DNA of 63,592 nucleotides, filler included, from Octopus bimaculoides (Eukaryota): NCBI RefSeq assembly GCF_001194135.2. It is 7 parts of 7 records of this genome, joined end to end, with 100 filler letters (N's around TTAATTAATTAA, not from the genome) between each part and the next. Parts side by side here need not be neighbours in the genome. Positions count along the whole stretch, not along the records: positions 33,882 to 39,160 come from NC_068994.1; positions 39,261 to 61,406 come from NC_068995.1; 5 more parts are not named here. One strand, 5' to 3'. The notes under the pieces are model-generated. The model did not search any database. It was not told the origin of the DNA and saw only the letters and a list, made by a program, of their open reading frames with translations. This document shows positions 37,051-50,007 of the stretch, one piece after another. Every line of letters begins with the position of its first letter. Position 1 is the stretch's first letter. Made by a program: the position numbers and the translations under genes.

Positions 37051-37299
37051 GGCTTGCTAGTTATAGAACAATGGTACAACAATGTACCAATATAAATGCT
37101 AGTTCATGTCATGTGTTTTAAACCTTATCAGTCAGCAGCTGGTCTTAAAAACCATATAAGGGCTCATCAACGGACTGATTGTACTGTGTGATGGGGTGTA
37201 GTGTGTGTGTAGATAGAGGTGAAAACATTTCTATTGAAATTTGGGATTCATGCTTACCCCAAGGTAAAGTCTTGTTTTGTTTTCTATCTATAGGAATAT

Positions 37300-37356
37300 T
37301 TCCCCTGATGAATAGGTCCCTTAAGTGGTCCCTAACGCCGAAATTGCAATAGGGAA
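37300..37356 (+). ncRNA. Minimal type-I hammerhead ribozyme motif (second family)
   Basis: TTCCC-CTGATGA-[28 nt]-GAAA-TTGCAA-T-A-GGGAA: 5-bp stem I, intact core, palindromic stem III ATTGCAAT. Stem II is imperfect. Confidence 0.6.
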
Positions 37357-37585
37357 TTAACCAATTATTTTCAAGTTGTAGATTCCATTTACCATGTCGC
37401 CCGAGGACAGTTTTTATCGTGAGAAGAAATGATACGAGTGATATAATGGCTTTATAGCGGTTTTGACTGCTATTTTTAAATCTTTCTAAGGGTTTTTAAC
37501 TTTCTTAGTTATAATTGTGACTTGTTCATAATTATAAACGTTTTTCTTCTTCATATTTTATGATAACATGTTTGGCCACTGATAT

Positions 37586-37712
37586 TACTCTTTTACTCTT
37601 TTACTTGTTTCAGTCATTTGACTGCGGTCATGCTGGAGCACCGCCTTTAGTCGAGCAAATCGACTCCAGGACTTATTCTTTTGTAAGCCTAGTACTTATT
37701 CTATCGGTCTCA
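37586..37712 (-). mobile_element. SINE family A, 3' end
   Basis: (TTACTCTT)n ACTTGTTTCAGTCATTTGACTGCGG...GGAGCACCGCCTTTAGTCG. Confidence 0.9.
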
Positions 37713-37793
37713 CGTACTGGGATCAATGTAGGTGGGGGTATGCCCCCATTCTCTAAACTTCCGGCCCCTGAGCCAAAATTTGAAACAATTATC

Positions 37794-38000
37794 AAGGCGA
37801 CGAGGTGGTAGAATCATTAGCATGCTTAGTGAAATTTCTTCCAGCTCTTTACGTCCTGAGTTCAAATTACGCCGAGGTCAGCTTTGCTTTTCATACAGGA
37901 TCAAGTATTAATTGAGTATTAAGGTCGATATACTATATCCCTCCCTCTACACACACACACTTCAAAATTACTAGTTTTGTGCTAAAATTAGAAAGAATTA
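37794..38000 (+). mobile_element. SINE family B
   Basis: AAGGCGACGAGGTGGTAGAATCATTAGC...GAGTTCAAATTACGCCGAGGTC. Confidence 0.75.
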
Positions 38001-38029
38001 TAATTTAGTTAAAGAGAGAGCGAAGCGAA

Positions 38030-38720
38030 CCGAAAGCTCTGCAGGCAAGGAAGAGTTGCAGTCAGTCGTCGCGACTCTGGCCGTTCGTGGTTTTGGCGTG
38101 ACTTGATAAGCTTTCTCCGTACTGGTCGGTTTTTGCAGTATCTTTGAAACTCAGTCCAGGTCTTCCCAGACATAGAAACACAGATGTCACGAAGGACGAC
38201 TTAACTGAGATAGATGACTTCTGACTCACACTGTGATCGAATGTGAATGAGGTTATCGCAGCCACGTTCTTACGTGAAGGAGGGAGTGGTGGTGGGGAGA
38301 GGGGGCTGTTGTAGGCTATCTTGTTTTAGGAGACGCAATGATAAAAAAAAACGATGATTGAGTCGTCAGCAAACAAATGTATAATTGTTCGAGACGCTAA
38401 TCAAGTGGCTGTTAATGAAGAGACGAGTGTCAGGTAGATAACATAGTCTTGGCTTGGGTGGCCGCTTTCAAAGATCTCACACGATGTAGCTTGAGATATG
38501 AAGGTTGTGAAGGATTGGGTAGCTGGGTCAACGGCGCCAGGTGTATAGGGTAAGGGTTAGTTTAAGAGGAGAAAGGGTGCCGTTACATCGGTTGATTTTA
38601 ATAAAATAGTGGCGTATCAAGTGTTGGTTTTGTTGACACATACGGAAGAGAAGCTGTTGAGAGGCAAGCTTCCTGATTAGGCCTGGCGATGGTTAAGAAC
38701 ACTTCAGCTTGATATCTCAA
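38030..38720 (-). mobile_element. CR1/L2-group LINE reverse transcriptase remnant
   Basis: IHLFADDS (FADD at 38362-38373), preceded by a degenerate ESGHPSQD (SGVPQG-like) and VLNHRQA (LSDHQYG-like). Confidence 0.7.
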
Positions 38721-38810
38721 TACACTTACAAACAGATATAAATACATACATACATATATGTGTGTATGTGTGTGCATGCATATATGTACGTATATATATA
38801 TAGAGAGAGA

Positions 38811-38897
38811 GAGAGACAGAGACAAAGAGAGAGAGACAGAGACAAAGAGAGAGAGACAGAGACAAAGAGAGAGAGACAGAGACAAAGAGAGAGAGAC
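38811..38897. repeat. 20-bp GA-rich tandem repeat, about 4 copies
   Basis: GAGAGACAGAGACAAAGAGA units. Confidence 0.85.
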
Positions 38898-39829
38898 ATA
38901 TATGTACATATATCATACATATATATATATATACAGGCAGACACATGCACACATACATATATAGATATATATAGGTATAGATATATACATACATATATAC
39001 ATATATATATAAATATATATAAATATATGTATATATATATATATTAATATATACATATGTATACATACGTATGTATATATATATACATATATATATACAT
39101 ACATAAACATATATAAATATATGTATATATATATATTAATATATACATATATATATACATNNNNNNNNNNNNNNNNNNNNNNNNNNNNNNNNNNNNNNNN
39201 NNNNTTAATTAATTAANNNNNNNNNNNNNNNNNNNNNNNNNNNNNNNNNNNNNNNNNNNNATATATATATATATATATATATATACTTATATTTATACAC
39301 CCCGCCACACACACACCCACACACACACACATATATAAATACAGCAACACATATACATATGTAAATTGTGACAATGTTTAAAACTCAGATTAAAGAGACA
39401 CCACAATAAATAGAATTATGTTTCCTCTCACAACACAGGCTGCTAAATGTGGTATTTGTATAACTACAATGTTTAAAGTGACAACCACTTCAGACACTTT
39501 CAAAGGCACAGTTCTATTTGTTTAACATCTATCATAAGTATGGCTTTCAGAATGATAGCATCGTCGCTAATTAAAATTTCCTTATAACAGAACTTCCTTG
39601 AATACGTTTAAAGTATGTTCAGATGTGGTGGAACCAACACTGACAACAGTAACTATATGTAATTAATTATTTTACCTAAGAGAGAAATGCAGGTATTAAC
39701 TTCAGAAAATTTTGTACAAATTGTATCACAATCCATCAAAGGAAATGTTTCTATATATTCAAATATATTAGCTTGCCTTTCTAGATTTCTCAGTTTTAAA
39801 TATGGAAAGATACATTTTGGTATAGTAAT

Positions 39830-40100
39830 TCTTAGCCTGTGTTCCAGGACACTGGGCAGCATGATTCTCAAGAAATCCCGGTTTTGAGTAAAGTTGCCGG
39901 CTTCTTCCAAGGTGACGCTCAATTGTTTCAGATTTTCATTGAAGTTTGTACGCCATTTTCCCTGTGTGTTCCACTCATAATCCACCCTTCTTGTAGTTCT
40001 CATTGTGTATCAGCATTGGTTATTGGCTATTCTGGTATTCGAAAAATCTGACCTTCAAGTCTCACTCTTCATTCTGACACATTCTCCGTGATTGGAACAT
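39830..40100 (-). mobile_element. RTE-clade LINE C-terminal remnant
   Basis: GECVRM...WNTQGKWRTNFNENLKQLSVTLEEAGNFTQNRDFLRI resembles the RTE GHVLRM...W.P.GKR...TWR...DLK.L..TWEEA...AQDR..WR end. Confidence 0.65.
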
Positions 40101-40339
40101 TTTTACCAAAGTTCTGCTTAATAATTAATGAACATGCAGAGAAATATAGCCACCGCTATCATCAACGGTTTTGAAATTTTGTTTTTAAGTCGTAAACTAA
40201 GAAGCATCAACAAGAACTACTAAAAATAGCAACCAAATCATCCTTAAATCACTTATCATAAGCCATTAAGGGAAGACACATTTTATGTTGTAGTCCCAGA
40301 TATACCATGTATGTAATAACAAAGTGGAGAATGGCTTAC

Positions 40340-40401
40340 CTGCGGTTTAAAACACAACAGCAATGGACCATTAAGATCCGAGGAAGGAGAGAACTTTGTT
40401 T
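40340..40401 (-). CDS. Candidate exon, 62 nt (unknown gene)
   Basis: Acceptor TTCGTTCATCCTAG, donor CAG|GTAAGC, open frame (E)TKFSPSSDLNGPLLLCFKPQ. No homology recognised. Confidence 0.3.
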
Positions 40402-40949
40402 CTAGGATGAACGAACGATGGCAAATGCGTCACACGTGACGCATTTGATGGTTAGAAAGGCGTTATTGCATAATATGCATACTTATTGATAGATATTTGA
40501 TCCCTAGACGTAGGTAGTGTCCTTAGGTCAAAGTTACATTGATTTCTATTTACAGCTGGTTCTTGCTCTACGCAGTTGTGCTTTTAATTCTGTTTCGAAT
40601 ATTTGCGAGAGTGTACACTTTACGAAAATTTGAACCATACTTTTAAATTACCTATCAAAGTAGAAAAATTGAACAAAAGGGAAAATTGAACAAAAGGATA
40701 AGAGAAAATGATGTGAGAGTGTGAATTTAACAGGAGCAGGAGATCTTATTAACAGAGGGACTTACATGGAAACAGCTGTGCATTGGTTCTCACCTAATTG
40801 AAATGTTCTACGAAACATGCCAGAATAAAATAGACAGAAAATGAAACCAGAATTTGATCCAAGTTCCTGTACTCACACACGTACCCACAAGCACATATGT
40901 ACAAGCGAGAATATATATTACTATATAAGTATGAATACACACACACACA

Positions 40950-40988
<39 letters not shown>

Positions 40989-40995
40989 TCTTTTT

Positions 40996-41220
40996 TTTAC
41001 TCTTTTACTTGTTTCAGTCTTTCGACTGTGGCCATGCTGGAGCACCGCCTTTTTAGTCGAGCAAATCGACCCCAGGACTTATTCTTTAGAAGCCTAGTAC
41101 TTATTCTATCGATCTCTTTTGCCGAACCGCTAAGTTACGGGGACATAAACACACCAGCATCGGTTGTCAAGCGATCTTAGGGGGACAAACACATACATAC
41201 AAACATACACACACACATAC
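40996..41220 (-). mobile_element. SINE family A, 3' half
   Basis: Reverse complement matches 19699-19927. Confidence 0.9.
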
Positions 41221-41784
41221 NNNNNNNNNNNNNNNNNNNNNNNNNNNNNNNNNNNNNNNNNNNNNNNNNNNNNNNNNNNNNNNNNNNNNNNNNNNNNNNN
41301 NNNNNNNNNNNNNNNNNNNNNNNNNNNNNNNNNNNNNNNNNNNNNNNNNNNNNNNNNNNNNNNNNNNNNNNNNNNNNNNNNNNNNNNNNNNNNNNNNNNN
41401 NNNNNNNNNNNNNNNNNNNNNNNNNNNNNNNNNNNNNNNNNNNNNNNNNNNNNNNNNNNNNNNNNNNNNNNNNNNNNNNNNNNNNNNNNNNNNNNNNNNN
41501 NNNNNNNNNNNNNNNNNNNNNNNNNNNNNNNNNNNNNNNNNNNNNNNNNNNNNNNNNNNNNNNNNNNNNNNNNNNNNNNNNNNNNNNNNNNNNNNNNNNN
41601 NNNNNNNNNNNNNNNNNNNNNNNNNNNNNNNNNNNNNNNNNNNNNNNNNNNNNNNNNNNNNNNNNNNNNNNNNNNNNNNNNNNNNNNNNNNNNNNNNNNN
41701 NNNNNNNNNNNNNNNNNNNNNNNNNNNNNNNNNNNNNNNNNNNNNNNNNNNNNNNNNNNNNNNNNNNNNNNNNNNNTATATATA

Positions 41785-42060
41785 TATTGGATCAGCCCAT
41801 AAATAATGCAATATTTTGAATTGCACTATCTAAAGTCGGAGGGGGACGGGATAAAATACCTGCATCAACTTACTGTGGTTATTCTTAGTGCACATTTTGA
41901 AAAGTGTAGTTCGATTTTGACAGTTATTTTTTAAAATTTATAATACTGTGAGGACGACATTCCAAAGGATGGCGCTCTCTGACTGGGAAACTATCCCTCA
42001 CCCACCGGACTTCGCCCCATCTGATTATCATTTATTTCGCAGTCTTCAAACTCATTTGGG
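41785..42060 (+). mobile_element. mariner (DD34D) remnant
   Basis: DWETIPHPPDFAPSDYHLFRSLQTHL, resembling WEVLPHPPYSPDLAPSDYHLFRSL with a deletion; TIR-like TTGGATCAGCCCATAAATAATGC. Confidence 0.75.
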
Positions 42061-42590
42061 GATATCTTCCTCTTTTACCCCAACCAGACGAAAAGACCGC
42101 TTAAACGAGCCAAGGATACTGACCTCCCTAGCAACTAAAGAACAAGAACTACGTCTGAAATAGTCCTCTTTAGTGTTCATGTAAAAGGAACAAAGGAAAT
42201 TTTAAATGTTTAGCTTCTGTAAAGAACTTTTTGTGATTGAGTCGCATACATTCTGAGGAGCGTCGCATTCGTAAATTGAAAAATGCTTTTCATAAGAACG
42301 CCTTGGCCGAAATGACACATGGAAATGGAACTTTTATGATGTAATAATTTGCTTTTATACCTAGCCCTTTTAGTTGATATAATCAACGCTCTCATTAACC
42401 TAAACTTGATTGTACAGAGATAGTACATATTGTTTTGTAGTATAGTAAATGATTCAAATAGATTCAAGATGAAATGAGAAGTGTTTATCTATCTGTTAAA
42501 AAATGAATATTTGCACCTGTCTCCACACGTAAAAGAGTAGAGTGAATGTGATGTTTATGATGGTAATTTCCCAAAAAATACATCGTAACA

Positions 42591-42621
<31 letters not shown>

Positions 42622-42715
42622 TAACTTCTATTAGTTAAGGATGGGTAAAAAAAAATGGAAGTTCACCCTTCTCTACGCCCAGAGTTTCCCCGAGAACGTC
42701 ATCCATCTTATCCAC

Positions 42716-42756
<41 letters not shown>

Positions 42757-42934
42757 CTACCTTACAGCTTCCAGCGACCATATTGTCCTTTTTCTAGCGT
42801 AATGAGAGCCTGATGATATTCCAGGCGACTGGAGCCTAATCTCAGTCAATTCTATCTATACCCAAGATTGCAGTTCCATCATATACATAAGCAGAAGCGA
42901 CACCGGCTAACCGTCCACCTTTCTACGTAAGGAA

Positions 42935-43255
42935 CAAGGCCTGAAATTTTATGGAAGAAAATCGATTAAATCGATCCCAGTAATCAACTTCTACTTATAT
43001 GATCGAACTCTGGAGGATAACAGGCAACGTCAACCTTGCTGGAGTTTGAACTCACAACTTGAAAAAAAGGGACAAATTGTGGGGAGGCGACTAGTCGATT
43101 ACATTGGCCACAATGCTTAACTGGTACTTATTTTATTAACGCCGAAAAAATGAAAGCATAGTCAACCTTGGGAGAATTCGAACTGAGAACAAAAAGACGG
43201 AGGAAAAGCATTTTTACCCGGGGTCCCACCGATTTTGACAGTACGCTGCCTTATG
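42935..43255 (-). mobile_element. Two tandem degenerate SINE family B copies
   Basis: Each has AGTCAACCTTG...G(T/A)ATT(T/C)GAACT. Confidence 0.7.
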
Positions 43256-43913
43256 AACCGTAATAATAAATATTACAAAAGTCTTTTAAATATAATTTCA
43301 GTGATTTTGCTAAGACTGAATACTCACATTTTTTCAGCTCATTTTCACTTAGTGAACAAGATAATCATGCAACACAACTAGTGCTTCTTGATTTCATAAC
43401 ATCTTCGTTATTGAAAACGAAATTTGATGAGCTTTGCTCTGTTAAAATTGTTGTTTACATGATTAATTCCAACCGATCATTCACCCAATACATATTTTGC
43501 AAAACTACAAAAAAGAAAATTAGAAAAAAAAAAAAACAACGAAAACACGAATTTTCCACAGCTATATCTTTCGTTTCGGAACGACGTTTAGATGTGAGCA
43601 AATATTTTCATGCATGAAACTAATTAAAATATAAAGTGACGTCACAGCTAACTGCTTCAGATTTGAAATATTATTGGCTGCTTTCAGTAACTAATTTAGC
43701 TCCAGATTTTTAAAAAGTTGGCGATATCAAAACAGACATGAAAACCTCATTAAAGTATTATTCCGCAGAGTTTTTACACAGACATACATACATTTAATCA
43801 TACATACATACATACATACATACACATATGCATATATATATGTACTAATATATAGCATATAAATAAGCATATATACTCATATGATATGAAAACGCGTAAG
43901 TACATATATGTAT

Positions 43914-43994
<81 letters not shown>

Positions 43995-44189
43995 AGTGAA
44001 TGGACAGCGAAAGAAGAGCACTCAACCAATATATTGAGAGTTACATGTATGGATCAAAACCGTTTCATTCAAATTCCTGCACATATCGTCAGCCACAAAG
44101 GGACATTCTAAACTGTTTTAAGGTCAAACAACTAAGATGCAAGTCTGTGCTATTGAGCAGAATATTTGCTGTTGCCCATCTCACATATA

Positions 44190-44400
44190 ACGCCAGAATC
44201 GTTAGCACGCCTGGCAAAATGTTTGGCAGCATTTCGTCCGTCTTTATGTTCTGCGTTCAAATTTCGTCGAGGTTGATTTTGCCTGTTATTCTTTTCGGGT
44301 CGATAAAATAAGTATCAGTTGAGCACTAGAGTTCATGTTATCATAAACCTCACTTCCGATCAAATTTCAGCCCCTGTACTTATAGTAGAAAAGATTATTT
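44190..44400 (+). mobile_element. SINE family B
   Basis: GAATCGTTAGCACGCCTGGCAAAATG...GTTCAAATTTCG...GTCGATAAAATAAG. Confidence 0.8.
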
Positions 44401-45145
44401 ACCTCAACTTTTTCCTTCTTCTGCACATATCAGGTTTGTTATATTAAATATCATACAGTGTAGAACCACTTTAACCATCTCAGTAGTCTGAAGCAAATTT
44501 CACAGATGTTTTCCATTGATCTTTTAAAACAATCGATTTATTTGCCATTCCTGTCACATATTCTCTTGTATTTAACCTATTACCCAGTCGGTCAATTCCG
44601 TCTGTCGCCCGGTTAAACCATCGACCAGTCAGTAACTATTCAACCGGGTTTATAGATGGCGCCTGTGACTAATTAACATGAATGACAATTTTGTTTTTGC
44701 TTGGAATTGTGCTAATTTTGTCACCATCTTCTGTACATGACTGCGTGTTTAATAAATGTTTCTCTCAACCTCAACACTTCCTCGGAAAATACAGTAGAGT
44801 CAATTATTAACTAAAGAGAATTAATAATATTGAAAGATGTGTTAAGTTATCTCTCGTACTTAAATTATTAATATAACATTGTGATAACGATGTCATTTTC
44901 ACAGTGTATAAATATTTTTAAATTGAATATTTAATGTTCATTACATTATGTTTATATCATTTAATTATGTTAGAATTAATTATTATGTTAATAAAAACTT
45001 AATTATTGATTTTTCACATGTCTGCTGTCTCCAAGCAATTTGAATAAACCAATAATCCGCCGACACTTTGACTCTGCAGCCCGCTTGCCATCCACTCATT
45101 CACTGATTTTTCTGAACAAGGCGTGGGCATATCTTAAACCAAAAT

Positions 45146-45495
45146 CAGGGTTTCGTAACCTTTTGTTACCTATGGACCCCTTTGATTACCCTTTTATTCT
45201 GGTGAACCCCCATAACCATTCGATTTTTAAAAGCTAGTTTTACAGAAACTTCTTTAAAAATTTCTGTGTTGTTTTACACATATAGACTTGTGTAGGTTGA
45301 ACAACGTAAACCATTAAATATAAAAAAAAAACTAGCTGTTTCTTGCAATACATATCAATACATATATCTAAAGCAAAATTTTTTAGGGGCCATAAAAATA
45401 CTTACGCCGATTCTCAATTTGCTTTTTTGTCACGTGGCCCCACCAAACTCTTATATGGACCCTCAGGGGCCACATATATCCTGGATGATAATTAC
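45146..45495. mobile_element. hAT MITE, same family as 9043-9361
   Basis: Collinear match including CTAGCTGTTTCTT.CAATAC and ATCTAAAGCAAAA. Confidence 0.8.
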
Positions 45496-46155
45496 CGTAC
45501 TAAATTATAGAGATTCTAGATTTACTTCTATAAGTAAGTGAAATATCAGTACATTAGTATAAATGATGCAAATGTATTAATAGTGTTTTGTATTAAGAAG
45601 CTTCTAAACTAGTGCCTAGCCGTACGAAAGTGCTGATTATATATGATTCCAGATTATCAAAGCCACTTGAGTTGAAGGGTTTTGCTGAGGAACACAGCGC
45701 AGTGCCCGTTCAAGGAATCGAAACCACAATTTTAAGTTCATGAGTCCACCACATTGAGCACAAAGTTGATGCATTCATGCATACGTACATACACACATGC
45801 ATACGTACGTATAAACATACATACATACATACATACATACATACATACATACATAAACACGTACATATATACAAGCTTGGAGGACAAACGGACGACAAAC
45901 TACGGAATATGAATATGCAATCGAAATTCTTCCTCCTTGCGTGATGTGTTACTCTGCACGTACAGCTGAAAGATGAAGAGTAATTGAGTGCCGACATATC
46001 ATTACCACTTCTCTCTCTCTTTCTCTCTCTCTCTCACTCTCTCTCTCGCTCTCTCTCTCTCACTCTCTCTCTCTCACTCTCTCTCTCACTCTCTCTCTCA
46101 CTCTCTCTCTCTCACACACTCCCTTGCCCTTTCTCTCTGTATGTCTCTATGTGTG

Positions 46156-46259
<104 letters not shown>

Positions 46260-46701
46260 TATGAGTGTGTGTGTGTACGCTTTTATGCAGTATGTGCGCC
46301 TGTATATATATTATTTCACACACATTACATAACTATAACCTTAATATTTTCTATTTCCTGTATAATATTTCGTTGATACCATTTTTTAAAAATTCCATTC
46401 ATTCATTTCTATATTCATTTCTGTGTTGCTTTAATCTACATAAATTCTTCCCATTTAAAAATTTCCCCACTAATGAAGAAGAAAAAAAAAACTCCCTGTG
46501 TTCTGTTATTCATGTGTTGAATGTAACAAAAATATACGATCGTGATATTCCACACAGAATACATTGGATCACGTGAAGGTTTATTTTATGCAAATACCCA
46601 TTATTTCTGAAGTTCGTTCCGTACAACGGAAATCTAGCATCGCTTGCTAATTGCAACTTATAACTTGGTTCTATGAATCTTCGAGTAATATTAGCTAAAA
46701 A

Positions 46702-46736
<35 letters not shown>

Positions 46737-47061
46737 AAATAATAATCTTCGTGATTTCAACAACATCAAAGTAAAAGAGCGCGCTTCTTTATTGTGGTGT
46801 TTAAGGTTACTTCCGTTAAAGAAAAAATAGGCATCTTTTATTTGTTTAGGCTTAGAAAGCCATTATAATGTATATTCAATTCAAATTTTATATTTCCTAT
46901 AAGTCTGCCTCCTCCTTTCATGAATCCATCTGTATCTTCTCGTTTCTTCTCAATCTCTCCCTCCTTAGTGATATCACTTCGAAGCCTACCTGTCTGTTTC
47001 GCTCTTTATAATACACATACATACATATATATATTCATACACACACACACACACATACACA

Positions 47062-47098
<37 letters not shown>

Positions 47099-47739
47099 NN
47101 NNNNNNNNTATATATATATATATATGTATGTATGTATGTAAATGTATATTTATATATGTATATGTGTATGTGTGTATGTGTGTGTGTCTGTGTGCGTGTG
47201 TGCGCGTATATATGTAAATGTATACATACGTACGTGTGTGTTAACTGTTACCTTTATTACCTCAAGCTTCACCGACATACATTTTAAAAACAAAAAAAGA
47301 AAAATGGAAAATATATAGAAATACAACTTCCAAGAGAATATATTCAGTGAGGCGGTCCACCGACAGGTTCCTTTCTCGTGTTCAAATCGCTGGCTAGTCA
47401 ATGGTAACACAGGTTCCTTATTCTATTGCACGTGACAAAATGGATAACCCAGGGGCATTGGTTAATCTTTGATGTGTTGAGCATGGACTCACGAGACAAT
47501 TCTTTAGAATCAGCCATCTCAGAATCTGATGAAGGCCGCTCTATTATGTTGGTTCTATTATGTACATATGTGTCTGCTTGTGTGTGTGTGTATGCTTATG
47601 TGTGAGTATGTGTATGTGTGTGTGCATGTGCGTGCGCATAACTGCTTGAGTTTTCTTGTCTTCCGACTTCTTCTTCTCCTTGTACTATTGGGTTAGTGCG
47701 TTATACCAATCATATAGATATAGCGGCATCATTGTCATT

Positions 47740-47950
47740 CTTTTATTCTTTCATTCTTTCATTTGTTTCCGTCATTTGACTGCAGCCATGCTGGAGCACC
47801 GCCTTTAGTCGAACAAATCGACCCCAGGAGCTATTCTTTATAAACCTAGCTCTTATTCTATCGTTCCCTTAGGCGGAACCGCTAATTTACGGAAACATAA
47901 ACACATCAGCATCCGTTGTCAAGTGATGGTGGGGGACACATACAGGCACA
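47740..47950 (-). mobile_element. SINE family A, 3' half
   Basis: GTCATTTGACTGCAGCCATGCTGGAGCACCGCCTTTAGTCG. Confidence 0.85.
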
Positions 47951-49110
47951 CAAATACATACATACATACATACATTCATATATATATATATAATATAAAT
48001 GTCAAAACTAATTTCTGTGTGTCAGTGTGTCACACAACGAACCCCTCTATCACTATTGCTCATGTTGGAGTGAGAGTAATACTAGGCATAGAGAAGGTGA
48101 GGGTGGTAGCGAAGACAGACAGATACTCGGTCAAACACATACACACACGCACTTATATATGTGTGTGTTTGTTTGTCTGTGTGTGTGTATAGATATATGT
48201 GCATAAACATATCAAATGTTGTTATATAACGCTGGTCACAAGGAGCTTCGTATTGTTTTATCTTACGAAATACGCTGGCAAAGCAGGCAGGTCAATATTC
48301 CATCTGAATATAAAACCTGTCCGTCTTAGGGTTGCCTATTTACGGTTGAGTGAACTGGAGTTAAGGGGAATGAAGAGTTTTGCTCAAGAACGCAACGCGC
48401 AGCTGGTTTGTGAATCAAAACCATGGCCAGGCGACCGTCACTGCCACAGGCTAACCACTACGTTAGGCGACTGCAAGCAACCCGTGCACTTATATATGTA
48501 GAACCTGCATAGTTATAGATATATTAATAACCGTTTGGTGGAAGCCAATGGTAATGCGTATGATATCAGACATTGCGTTAGTATTCAATATAATTGCAGT
48601 GCACTGTTACACATCGCAGAAACAGCTGCAAGACAATGATACAAATTACCTAACTTTTCTTTCTGCATTCATTTATATCATTGTAGTAAAGAAACTATCT
48701 ACATATATGCAATTATGTATATATGATGTGAAAACTGCATCACTTTGCTTTCATAATTTAATTCGTACGTTCAGTATATACGTTAATCACATCTATATTT
48801 GTTCAGCCTACGCGTTCGGTTATACAATATTTTACATAATAGAGAGTATGACGTTGCGACTGGTTGTCTTCATGCGTTACTCACATATACCAATTACCAT
48901 TAAAATATTACACAACGAAGTTCTTTACATATGTATGACAAGTTTTTACCTGCACTAAAATATGGCCGAAAAATAGCATTTGATCTAATTCATAGAAGAA
49001 AGAAATGTAGAATTATTGGTATTTATTATTAATATGTCAACGAGAAAAATTATTAATAATTAGAACGATCGATGGCTGTATATATCGGTGAAGCATTGTT
49101 GATTACATAG

Positions 49111-49194
49111 AAGACGCAGAATGTTTTCACTGCAGAAGAAAATATATATCTACCGGCATGTGAGGAAACCAAATTTATGGAGTTACTAAGGGAG
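49111..49194 (+). CDS. Candidate exon, 84 nt, phase 0-0
   Basis: TTACATAG| KTQNVFTAEENIYLPACEETKFMELLRE |GTAATT. The pyrimidine tract is weak. Confidence 0.3.
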
Positions 49195-49963
49195 GTAATT
49201 GATATCAATTGAGTTTAAATACTGACAAACATACTGATTAATTCAATATGGCGTCCATATTGGATTAATATGTGTCAGAAGTGCATCAAGCTGTAAGATA
49301 TGTATAAAGAAAGTCAGGTGTGTATTAATTGTTGGAGCCGTATATGTAGGATATTACCATACCTGCGCTTTTTTTCTTCATTTATGTCTATGATGCGTTT
49401 GTAATTGTATTAGCACGCACACAGACACACACACATATATATATACACAATGACTACAACTGTTTACAAAATGTATTAACACAAACACACACACACACAC
49501 ACATTTATATATTTATACATTTGGACGTGTATGTGTATGCATGCAGAGACAGGCACTCACACAAAGATAGTTATACAGAAATACACACACATAAACAGAC
49601 ATACAGTCTGATACACAAGCAAATAGAGAGACAAACAGAGAGAGACGCCGAATGATACAAAGGCAGACAGACAGACAAGCAGATACATAAACATACAGAC
49701 ATAGATAGATAGATAGATAGATAGGTAGGTAGATAGATAGATAGATAGGTAGGTAGATAGATAGATAGAGAGTGAGAGAGAGAGAGAGCGAGAGAGACAG
49801 AGAGTGAGACAGACAGACAGACAGACAGACAAACTGACAGATAGATTACTAGACCGATCGATAGATAGGCAAATAGATAGACAGACAGACAAGCAGACAG
49901 ACAGACAGACAAACAGAGAGATAGACAGACAGATTGATTGATATATAGACAGACAGACTGACG

Positions 49964-50007
<44 letters not shown>

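Noticed and set aside
47526-47560. CTGATGAAGGCC as a hammerhead core
   Set aside because: No downstream GAAA or stem III; other isolated CTGANGA hits were rejected for the same reason.
48548-48958. 136-aa hydrophobic ORF, and DINEC (EGF-like) on the opposite strand at 48665-48679
   Set aside because: No family motif; DINEC is hemmed in by stops and lacks the EGF cysteine spacing.
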